This document shows positions 12,092 through 23,500 of a stretch of DNA of 64,000 bases, in pieces (position 1 is the stretch's first letter; each line of letters starts with the position of its first letter). Where the stretch lies: positions 38,998,001-39,062,000 of the forward strand of contig OX597829.1 in the NCBI GenBank assembly GCA_951406725.2. Reading direction: 5' to 3'. Below the pieces are notes generated by a model. That model was not told the origin of the DNA. It searched no databases and saw only the letters and a list, made by a program, of their open reading frames with translations. The stretch is from Octopus vulgaris. Lineage: Eukaryota. The position numbers and the translations under genes were made by a program.

Positions 12092-13641
12092 CTGCAAAAA
12101 TAGTAACAAAAGAAACAAATTAAAAAAAGAGAAAAACAAATAAAAAATAGTAATAATCATTAAAAAATTTTTTTCAAAATAGGTGCAAGAATTGTTCTGT
12201 AGTTAAAATGTTCATTTTGCAACCACATGGTTTTAAGTTCCTTCTACTATAGTCCTGGTTCATTCAATGCCATATGAGTGGATTTGGTAGACAGAAACTG
12301 TGTGAAAGCTTGGAAGCCAGGTTGAGCCATTGCCTCAGAACATTGAGAGGTTACAGTTCCAGTGCTACAGACATATTAGAATGTGACAGGAAAGGATCAC
12401 AAGACAAATTCTTCAGGCTGAACCAACCAGCAGGAGACTTAGGAGTAGACTAAGAATATGATGGTTAGATAATAATCCATAGTTTCAGTTGGTCATGCTT
12501 GAGAATCCATCCAACAGGAAAGTCTCATTACGGTTGCTTTTGATAGAATACTTTGGAGAAGATGCTTGATGACTTTCCTTCCATGAACCTCCCAGAAGCA
12601 GAGAAGATGGATGTGTGTGTGTTTGACCCTTTCCCCTACTGCTTGACAGCCAGTGTTAGTTTGTTTACACCCTTCTAACTTAGTGGTTTGGCAAAAAAGA
12701 CTGACAGAATAAATACCATACTTAGGCGGTAAGCTGGCAGAAACGTTAGCACACCGGGCGAAAAGCTTAGCGGTATTTCGTCTGCTGTTACGTTCTGAGT
12801 TCAAATTCGACCTCGGCAGAATTTGAACTCAAAACGTAGAGGCAGACGAAATACCTATTTCTTTACTACCCACAAGGGGCTAAACACAGCGGGGACAAAC
12901 AAGGACAGATAAACGGATTAAGTCGATTACATCGACCCCAGTGCATAACTGGTACTTAATTTATCAACCCTGAAAGGATGAAAGGCAAAGTCGACCTCGG
13001 CAGAATTTGAACTCAGAACGTAGAGGCAGACGAAATACCACTAAGCATTTCGCCTGGTGTGCTAACGTTTCTGCCAGCTCGCTGCCTTAGAACTTATGAT
13101 GGAATTCAGTCAGTTACAATGACGAGGGTTCCAGTTTATCTGATCAACAGAATAGCATGCTTGTGAAAGGAAAGTGCAAGTGGCTGAGTACTCCACAGAC
13201 ATGTGTACCCTTAACATAGTTCTTAGGGAGATTCAGTGTGACACAGATTATGACAAGGTTGGGCCTTTGAAATATAGGTTCTACTCATTTTTGCCAGCTG
13301 AGTGGACTGGAATAATGTGAAATAAAAGCTCAAGGACACAATGCATCACCAGGAATTGAACTTGCAACCTTACAATCATGAGCCAAATGCCTTCACCACT
13401 AAGCCATGCACCTTCACAGAACTTATGGCAGCACACATTAAAATCCTGTGTTTATTTGGATGATATATAAGAAGAGGAGGAAGAAATTATACAAGGAAAA
13501 TAAAACAAATAATGAAAGAGTAAGAAAAAAAATTAAATATAATGAGCTATAAAAGACAGGATGGTCATGACTGGAATGCTATGGTGAAAATAAATAAATA
13601 AATGAAATTTGAAGAGGGAGGAAAAAGAGATGTGGACTTAC

Positions 13642-13714
13642 CTTTCTTGCACAAAAGACACAACAGTAGGAAGCAGATTGGTATGGTGTACAGTTGACAA
13701 CAAATTTGTGGTTT
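13642..13714 (-). CDS. PDZD8: PDZD8 exon 9/12: first half of C1 zinc finger (NHKFVVNCTPYQSASYCCVFCARK)
   Basis: Weak tttcaaaag| acceptor, strong |gtaagt donor; 73 nt, phase 2 to 0; supplies the H...CxxC of C1. Confidence 0.85.
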
Positions 13715-13917
13715 CTTTTGAAATTCCAGATTTTCAAAAAAAAAAAAATAGACAATACATATAATATATTTATATATCTAAACATACTTATATATCTTTA
13801 TATATATCTGAACACCTACATATATACACAAAAATGTACCAAGTATATATTCTGTTTTGCAGGTATCTTAGCCCTAAGATTAAGAATACCATTACAATGT
13901 ATATATATGAATATGAA

Positions 13918-14000
<83 letters not shown>

Positions 14001-14255
14001 TATAAAATATATTTATTTCAAGCTGACAGCCATATAACAATGATCATTTCATGGATGATTTGACTGAGGTCTGGTGAACCAGATGGCTGCACCAGGCTCC
14101 AGTCTGATCGGGCAGTGTTTCTACAGCTGGATGCCCTTCCTAACACCAACCACTCTGAGAGTGTAGCGGGTGCTTGTAGCCTGATCCATTAAAGGAGGTT
14201 TTTTTCTTGAGTACCATCAGATTAATTAAACCCACATACTGTGCATGATACATAC

Positions 14256-14292
<37 letters not shown>

Positions 14293-14362
14293 GGTGAGAA
14301 AAAATAAATTCAAAAAGAACAATTCAAACTTTTTGAAGAATCTAAAAAGCAAGAAAAAATAA

Positions 14363-14386
14363 TCTCTATATATATAAACAGCAAAA

Positions 14387-14423
<37 letters not shown>

Positions 14424-14736
14424 ATGTCCTTTATACAAATCCACAATTTTTCAGTTAGAGGGCTCGCACTTCCTATGGTCATTCAAAACCGTCCAAGGGT
14501 GGTCATGCACATCTTTACATTTCCCCAGTCACCCCGCAATGCCATTTAAAAAAAATCGACAGAAGTTACTTTTTTTTGTGAATTTTCTATCCAAAATCCA
14601 ATCAAAATGCCCGAAACTTGATACGTCAATTGAATGCCAGCTAGCTGTATGTGATTGGTTGGAGATTTGGACAGTACTCGCGTGTATGTGCGCACGCACG
14701 CAGCTGTATGTGCATGCACTGGCACTATAGTGCTAG
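14363..14736 (+). mobile_element. Non-autonomous Helitron-type element; further copies at about 21604-21940 and 25362-25645
   Basis: A|TC 5' end, CTAG|T 3' end, subterminal hairpin gcactatagtgc, internal (GT)n; three similar copies. Confidence 0.75.
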
Positions 14737-15506
14737 TTTCCAATAAAAAATTCATCGTATTCATAAAAATCAATTAGAGCAAGTATTAAGAATATGAAAA
14801 TAACAATTGAAAAAATTTGTTATAGGTATAAAGATATTGAATCAATTTAAATATAGCTTTGTTATTTAGCTAGAAGCTTCTTGTAATATATTTTTTTCGT
14901 TTTCAATATAAATATGTATATATCTGACTCTCTATGGCTTTTTCTGTTAGTGAACATGTTTATATCTGCTAGACACATGTGTTTTTGTTTACATTATGTT
15001 TCATCTCGATCATTTACTATTTTTTAAATCGCTCTGTCTGGCCCCCGTGTTGGTGGCACGTAAAAGCACCATCCGTTCGTGTCCGTTTGCCAGCTCCGTC
15101 TGGCACCTGTGCGGGTGGCACGTAAAAAGCACCCACTACACTCACGGAGTGGTTGGCGTTAGGAAGGGCATCCAGCCGTAGAAACACTGCCAGATCTGAC
15201 TGGGCCTGATGAAGCCTTCCAGCTTCACAGACCCCAGTTGAAACGTCCAACCCATGCTAGCATGGAAAACGGACGCTAAATGATGATGATGATGATATCC
15301 GTTAGACTTTTTTTAAGTTATAGTTTTTTGCACAAATAGACTTGCATATACATTGATATGTCTTTCTTTTTCAATTCTCTTATTATTTTTCCCTTTTACA
15401 ACTTGTTTGTAGATATCCGGTTTAATTTTTCCCTATTACCCCATCTGTTTTTTTCCTTTATTGAATTTTATTAATAACCTTTTTGATGTTCTTCCTAAAA
15501 ATTCTT

Positions 15507-15601
15507 CACACTGATGAGAATAACAATGCGTAACCTTAATTATAATTATCATTATTATTTTTTCTTAAATATTTGTATTATCTTTTGAAACATGTGTATG
15601 T
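15507..15601 (+). ncRNA. Type I hammerhead motif (family H4) at the end of an AT-rich decayed element
   Basis: aca-CTGATGA-gaataacaat...tattatctttt-GAAA-catgtg-TA-tgt; stem III may be CACGTG after CpG decay. Confidence 0.6.
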
Positions 15602-16621
15602 ATTGAATTCAATTTTGTAATAAATTCAATTTTGATTTTAACATATTTTCTTCATTTTTATTCTTGTTTATGGTATCTTTATACCTATAACAAATTTTTT
15701 CAATTATACACACACACACACACACAAGAGATGAATAAAACAGGCTGTAATTTATTAGAACCTGTTTCCCCCTCTTGTATATATTTATATATCAGTTTTA
15801 TACTCACTAATGGAGTTCTACACCTATATCCAGCTCAAGGAATAACCCTGCTGTATGATGGCATATGGTAGCCAATAACAGCACAAGAGCTTTTGAATGC
15901 ACAATACAAGGTTATTACCCAGATAATATTGAATGTGTGTGAGTGTGTACTGTTGATGTCATGAGAATTTATAAACTTTCAAATGAACATGAAAAAAATT
16001 CTTTATTGGAACAGTGATATTGAAGCACATAAGGCTATGAATAATAGCATGTAAATATTTGGTTGAAAAACCCTTTTGCATGCAAAAAGTCGAAGGCTAC
16101 TCATTGGATGTGAGTTCATGTCTGCTGTTTCAGTCCCACAGACAGTCTTTGATATCTTTTATCAAAAAGGGTTTTCGACCTAATACTCACATGCTATTAT
16201 TTATGCTTCGAGAGCCACTGTTCCATGCACACACAAGCACGCATGCATGCATGCACACACATACACACACAGAGTAGTATAGTATATATTCCTTTACTAC
16301 CCACAAGGGGCTAAACACAGAGGACAAACAAGGACAGACAGACGGATTAAGTCGATTACATCAACCCCAGTGCGTAACTGGTACTTAATATATCAACCCC
16401 GAAAGGATGAAAGGCAAAGTCGACCTCAGCGGAATTTGAACCCAGAATGAAACGGCAGACGAAATACGGCTACGCATTTCGCCCGGCGTGCTAACATTTC
16501 TGCCAGCTCGCTGCCTTTCACACACAGTAGTATAGTATAATGCAAGGTAGTCTGCATCTCCTCCATGACAAAATACCTGTTCCTGTCCCCTTTGTGTCAC
16601 ACTTTAACCTCTCAACATATA

Positions 16622-17035
16622 CTCTTTACTCTTTTATTTGTTTCAGTCATTTGACTGCGGTCATGTTGGAGCACCACCTTTAGTCGAGCAAATCGACCCC
16701 GGGACCTATTCTTTGTAAGCCCAGTACTTATTCTATCGGTCTCTTTTGCCGAGCCGCTAAGTGGCGGGGATGTAAACACACCAGCATCGGTTGTCAAGCA
16801 ATGTTAGGGGGACAAACACAGGCACACAAACACATACACAAACACATATACATATATATATATACATATATACGACAGGCTTCTTTCAGTTTCCGTCTAC
16901 CAAATCCACTCACAAGGCATTGGTCGGCCTGGGGCTATAGCAGAAGACACCTGCCCAAGATGCCACGCAGTGGGACTGAACCCGGAACCATGTGGTTGGT
17001 TAGCAAGCTACTTACCACACAGCCACTCCTGCGCT
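16622..17035 (-). mobile_element. tRNA-derived SINE family B with an internal (CA/TA)n tract, CORE-like
   Basis: Head gcgcaggagtggctgtgtggtaag...gggttcagtccc and a cttgggcaagtg-like core. Copies at about 10382-10768(+), 21188-21556(+), 22605-22925(+), 33265-33575(-), 34809-35222(-), 43069-43397(+), 53833-54231(-), 56050-56428(-), 60026-60240(-) and 62311-62735(-). Confidence 0.88.
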
Positions 17036-17496
17036 TATATATCACAAAGCCATCTACATCTCAGTCAAGGTGGTTGGTGGAGGGGGGGAGGGCTATTGTT
17101 GCAAAGTTACATAGCAACCTTACTGGTGTTAATGCCACACACAAAAAATAATGCAATAAAAAAAAAAGCACCCAGTACATTCTGGGAGAGCATCTAGCTA
17201 TAGAATTCAAACCAAAGCTGTCGACTGACATGGATTCTTGTCAAACCATCCAACCAGCATGGAAGATGGACATTAGATGATGATGATGATGATGATATCG
17301 TTGTTTACTGTCCACTTTTCTATGCTTGCATATCTAAGAATTTGTTAAGACAGGTTTTCTGCAGCTGGATGCCCTTCCTGTTGTCAACCCTCATCTGTTT
17401 CTAAGTAGTTAATATTTCCTTATGACCACACATGTTTGCACAGAAGACTGGAAATGAAGGACATTGGTTACACTGATCATATGATGTCAAGGCAAA

Positions 17497-17599
17497 AACA
17501 CAGACAGACAGACAGAGACAGACACACAGAAACAGACAGAGACAGACAGACAGACAGACAGACACAAAGACAGACAGAGAGAAACAAAGACAGACAGAC

Positions 17600-17632
<33 letters not shown>

Positions 17633-18185
17633 CACAAACAGACACAGACACAAAGACAGACAGACAGAGAGAAATAGAGACAGACAGAGAGAGACAGACA
17701 GAGACAGACACACAGAAACAAACAGACACACAGACAGACAAACAGAAACAAACAGACACAGAGACAGACAGAGACAGAGACACAGGAACAAACAGACACA
17801 GAGACAGACAGAAACAAACAACAGACACAGAGACAGACAGACACAGATAGACAGACAGACACAGATAGACAGACAGACAGACAAACAGAAACAAACAGAC
17901 GCAGAGACAGACACAGACAGACACAGATAGACAGACAGACAAACAGAAACAAACAGACACAGAGACAGACAGACACAGACAGACAGACAGACACAGATAG
18001 ACAGACAGACACAGATAGACAGACAGACAGACAGACAAACAGAAACAAACAGACACAGAGACAGACAGACACAGATAGACAGACAGACACAGATAGACAG
18101 ACAGACAAACAGAAACAAACAGACACAGAGACAGACAGAGACAGACACACACACACACAGACAAAGACAGACAGACAGACATAGA
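17497..18185. repeat. Compound (GACA)n/(GA)n microsatellite of about 690 bp
   Basis: Read directly; almost no T on the plus strand. Confidence 0.95.
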
Positions 18186-19799
18186 TTGACATATACCATC
18201 AGCACATTTATTGTATTTTCATCTGATTCAAAGTGTACAAATTGTCTCTACAATACAGCAACATGCAGCATGTTCACTCTCCAGTGTGGTCAAATCCTAA
18301 ACTAACAAGGATTGATAGATTAATATTTTGCTTGTGGTAGACCTGCTTTACATTGTAAGGACCTAATCTGATGACTTGTTTCGCACCACCATCTAGTCTT
18401 CGGGGTTATTTAAAGGGGTCAACAACTACAATGGAAGCATTTAGACTAGGTCCCCAGACAGAAGATAATACATTTTGGAGCACTGGTTCTCCTTGAACCA
18501 ATGAGGATACTTGTCCATGGTCATGTGACCTAGTAAAAAGTAACAGCCAAATTTATCTGCAAAAAAAAAAAAAAAATGGCCATAGTGCATAACATAATTC
18601 TAAAATGAAGGATTGCAGTTGGAATGTTTGAATCATTGATTTGCTTAATTGCTGCTCCCCTAGAGTTAAAACAAGAATAAAAGTTGTGGCTTTTTCCTTG
18701 CTGTTTTTCCTCCCAATAAAGAATATAATTGTTGCTCTTCTTCCTTTCACTAAGTCCCACTCTCAGCTACACACACACACACACACAAACACATGCTACT
18801 CATTCAAATATTCATTCCTTTTCTTGATGAGAATCATACAAGAAAAAGGGATTCGTTTGTAATCTTCTTCAGCATCATCATCATCATCATCATCATTTAG
18901 CGTCCGTTTTCCATGCTAGCATGGGTTGGACAGTTTAACTGGGGTCTGTGAAGCCGGAAGGCTTCATCAGGCCCAGTCAGATTTGGCAGTGTTTCTACGG
19001 CTGGATGCCCTTCCTAACGCCAACCACTCCACGAGTGTAGTGGGTGTTTTTTACGTGCCACCTGCACAGGTGCCAGACAGAGCTGGCACAACGGCCACAA
19101 ACAGATGGTGCTTTTACGTGTCATAGGCACGGGGCCAGGCGATGCTGGCAACGGACACGAACGGATGGTGCTTTTACGTGCCACCGACACGAAGCCAGAC
19201 AGAGCTGGCAAACGGCCATGAACGGACGGTGCTTTTACGAGTATATTGAACATAAAATCTCCTGAATTATTTGTTCATTTCATATTTTGCATTTTGTTAC
19301 TAACAGATTTCCAAAAGGCTACACATGGGTTCACTGAATTAACAACAGCAAGAATAACAAGAAGAGTCTGCAGAACCTAGACAGGAAGAGTCTGCAGAAC
19401 CTAGATAGTTGTTCTGTCTAGGTTCTTTCAGTTTCTGTCTATCAAGTGTTAGTTTTAAACTTGCTAAATCAAACACACACACACACACATGGGCTTCTTT
19501 CAGTTTCTGTCTATCAAGTGTTAGTTTTAAACTTGCTAAATCTACACTCACCTAATCTCAAAGTTTTTAGAAGTAAATACTAACATTTCCTCTTTCTATG
19601 TCTATGTAGGTGACTGTACGGGCTTTTTTGACTAAATTTTATTGTTATTGCCCATTTACTTTCATGATTTTTTGTCTTAACTTTTCCACACTTTTTCATT
19701 TTGCTCAAACCAATGTTTCAATTTCAAAAAGGTTTTTTAATACTTGCATGGTAAACTTATGCTTGTAATATTTCATTCCATTTTCTCCACCCACTATTT

Positions 19800-20575
19800 C
19801 AGGGAAAGTTCCTCAGGCACCTCCTCATGGTCTTATCACAAGCATCCATCATTACACTCTCCTGCTGTTTTCCCAAGCATGGTCAACTGAGATTGTGGAC
19901 ATTATCCAAACATTTTGTTCCGGGGCTACCCCTAGGTCTCCTGCCAGTAATTCTTTTCTGTGACATTTTAATCAAGTATCTGTAGTACCAGTGCTGTGGC
20001 TCCTCTCAATGCAGAGAGAAGTTCCAGCTTGACCTGGAGATGTCTTGTAATGTCACTCAATAGATCCTTCAGAGGAACTCCATTTTGGCCAATTGTATTT
20101 GAAATTGTATTCTGTCAGTCATTACCCAGCATTCATGACAATACGTTGGGGATTGGCATAAAAACCAAATTGATGGCTTTCTGAGGATCAAAAGCTGGAT
20201 CTAGCACACTACTGAGCCAATATCTGCAATTCTAGCATCCAGTTCAGCTTCAAAAGCTTCTCATCACTTGTGAATACAGCCCTGAGATTCTTAAACTTCT
20301 CCACTTGTCTCAGTGATGTTCCACTAACATGCAGAGGGTAATGGGAAGACTTTCTTTAGAGATCCAATGTCTCAAACTTCACAACACTGGATGCTGGAGA
20401 TCATCTTCTAATGAGTCAAATAATACCACAGCATTTGCAAATATCAGCCAACCAGCCCTGCACCCACTGATTATGATGCCATTTCTACAAAGCCTGCACA
20501 ATCCAATTAATAAAAATTATGAAAAGGAGGGGAGACAATATACACCCCTGCTAAAATCCAAAACCTGTGCTGAAA
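19800..20575 (-). mobile_element. Decayed RTE-like LINE fragment
   Basis: Minus-strand remnants such as QGCVLSPLLF-like (about 20520-20550), VEKFKNL and GRPRGSP; heavily mutated. Confidence 0.55.
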
Positions 20576-23500
20576 GGTTTCAACTTAGCACCAATTACTT
20601 TTCCTATATAAAAATTTTAAAATTTCATTCCTATATACTTACCTTTATTTTCTCTCATATTTCGAGCCTTGTTATGAAACACTTCAACCATGTTTCTACC
20701 TTAAAAGATTATCTCTCTAGAAAGATGTTCATGCTTCATTCACAAATATCTTACATCCCATCTATTCCTGATTATCATTATAGGTACAGGAGTTGCTATA
20801 TGGTAAGAAGTTATAAGGCGGCAAGCTGGCAGAAACATTAGTGCGTCAGGCGAAGTGCGTAGCCGTATTTCGTCTGCCGTTGCTTTCTGAGTTCAAATTC
20901 CGCCAAGGTCGACTTTGCCTTTCATCTTTTCAGGGTCGATAAATTAAGTACCAGTTTCGCACTGGGGTCGATGTAATCGACTTAATCCCTTTGTCTGTCC
21001 TTGTTTGTCCCCTCTATGTTAGCCCCTTGTGGGCAGTAAAGAAATATATATAGTAAGAAGTTCCAGGTTCAGTCCCACATGGTTCCAGGCTTGGTCCCAC
21101 TGCATAACACATTGAGTAGGTACCTTCTCCTATAGCCTCAGACTGGCCAAAGCCTTGTGAGTGGATTTGTCAGCCAAAAAGAGAAAGAAGACAGTCATGC
21201 TTGGCTGTGTGGTTAGAAGCATGCTTCCCAACCACATGGTTCTATGTTCAGTCCCACTGCATGGCACCTTGAGCAAGTGTAATATAGCCCCAGGCTGACC
21301 AAAGCCTTGTGAGTGGATTTGGTAGATGGAAACTGAAAGATGCCAAACATATGCGCGTGTGTGTGTGATCCTCACTACCATTTGAGAACTGATGCTGGTG
21401 CATTTATGTCCAGGTAACTTAGCGGTTCAGCAAAAGAGAACGATAGAATAAGTACCAAACTTAAAAGACAAAAAAAAGTACTAGAGTTGATTCATTCAAA
21501 AAATAATTCTTCAAGGCAGTGCTCCAGAATGGCTACAGCCTAATGACCGAAACTAGTCACACACGTAGAAGTTGTAACTGATTGTGACACATGTGAACAT
21601 TCATCTCTCTATATATAAACGGCAAAATGTCTGTGTGTGTGTGTCCCCTATACAAATCCACAATTTTTCAGTTAGATGGCTCACACTTTCTATGGTCATT
21701 CAAAACCGTCCAAGGGTGGTCGCGCACATCTTTACATTTCCCCAGTCACCCCGCAAAGCCATTAAAAAAAAATAGAAGTGACTTTTTTGTGAATTTTCTA
21801 TCCAAAACCCAATCAAAATGCCCGAAACTTGATACGCCAATTGAATGCCAGCTAGCTGTATGTGATTGGTTGGAGATTTGGACTGTACTCGCGTTTATGT
21901 GCGCACGCACGCAGATGTACATGCATGCACTAGCACTATCTTACAAGAACATGTCTGGCCACAAGGAGGAAATATTACCTGGCTTGGACACAGGTGAGGG
22001 CAGGTAACAAGAAGTGACTCTGGCCATAAAAAATTTGCTTCAAACTACATCCATCCTGTGCAAGCATGAAAAAGTGGACATTAAATGATGATGATAATAA
22101 TAAACAAATGTTCAACCATCTGCTCCCAGGTTCAATCTTAGTGCACAGCACCTTGATCAAGAGTCTATTACTGTGTCCTCTTTGTAAGTGTAATATGGTA
22201 ATTGGAAATTGTGCCAGAATTCATATCGTGTATATGAACATTTCTCAACTTTTTTATCCTTGTGTAACTCTTAAAATAAATTACATTTCAAGGAACAAAA
22301 AAAAAAAATTATATATCATACCTTTCTCATAGTTCACATGGTAAATATCACACACATACACACACATGTATGTATGTATGTATAAGGTTGTTATATATTT
22401 TTTGATAACAAAATAGGTTATATAGGATGATGTCTATATTACAATATCACAATATGATGTGCATGTATAGTGATATTACAATTATGAAATTAGCCTTAGC
22501 TTATCTCACACTTTCTCGTGGAACTCCTAGGAACCTTTTGCAGAACCCTAGGGTTCTGGGCAACTCTGGTTGAGAAATGCTGGTATACAATATATCTAAG
22601 AGGTCATGTGGTTAAAAAGCTTACTTTGCAACCTTATGGTTTCAGGTTCAGTCCCACAATATAGCACCTTGGATAAGTGTCTTCTGCTATAGCTCCAAGA
22701 CAACCAATGCCTTATGAGTGAATTTGATAAAAGGAAACTATATAGAAGCCTGTTGTGTGTGTGTATGTGTTGGTTTGTTTACAAGTCTGTAACTTATCAG
22801 TTTGACAAAGGAGACCTACAAAAGTACCAGACTTGAAAAAAATAAGTACTAGAAGGCAATTTGTTTGGATAAACCTTTCTAGATGGTGCCTCTGCTGGGC
22901 CACTGTCCAATGACTAAAAGAAGATGGAGAATAAAAAAAAAATACTACTTACATCATTCCCTAACCTTTCATCCAAACAACCATCACACACCTGCAAATT
23001 GGTCAGTATATGCCAAACCCTAAGCAATTCCCTGAATAGTGATCTGTAGAGCATCTTTCAATAGCAAGAAACTTCAAATACTAAACATTTCAATAAAACA
23101 TCATCACAAACCCTTTAATCAACAGCGGCACGCAACAACATCTCCCATTATCACTACAAATGTTAGGCCACACTATCATCAATGATTTCTCTCGAAATAT
23201 TCGAGCGAGGTCGTCGCCAGTGCCGCTGGACTGGCTCCTGTGCAGGTGGCACGTAAAAAGCACCATTTGGGCGTGGCTGTTGCCAATACCACCATACTGG
23301 CACATAAAAACACCCACTACACTCTCAGAGTGGTTGGCATTAGGAAGGGCATCCAGCTGTAAAAACTCTGCCAGATCAGATTGGAGTCTGGTTCGCCAGC
23401 CCTCAGTCAAATCGTCCAACCCATGCTAGCATGGAAAGCGGACGTTAAATGATGATGATGATGAAAAGCACATACATAACACTGAGCATTTAAACTGGAC

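Noticed and set aside
17401-18205. ORFs of 164-263 aa rich in C/V/L/S or R/Q/T/D
   Set aside because: Translation of the (GACA)n microsatellite.
18365-18410. Hammerhead-like words (minus strand CCGAAGA...GAAA-caag-TC)
   Set aside because: Stems I and II do not pair and the core is mismatched.
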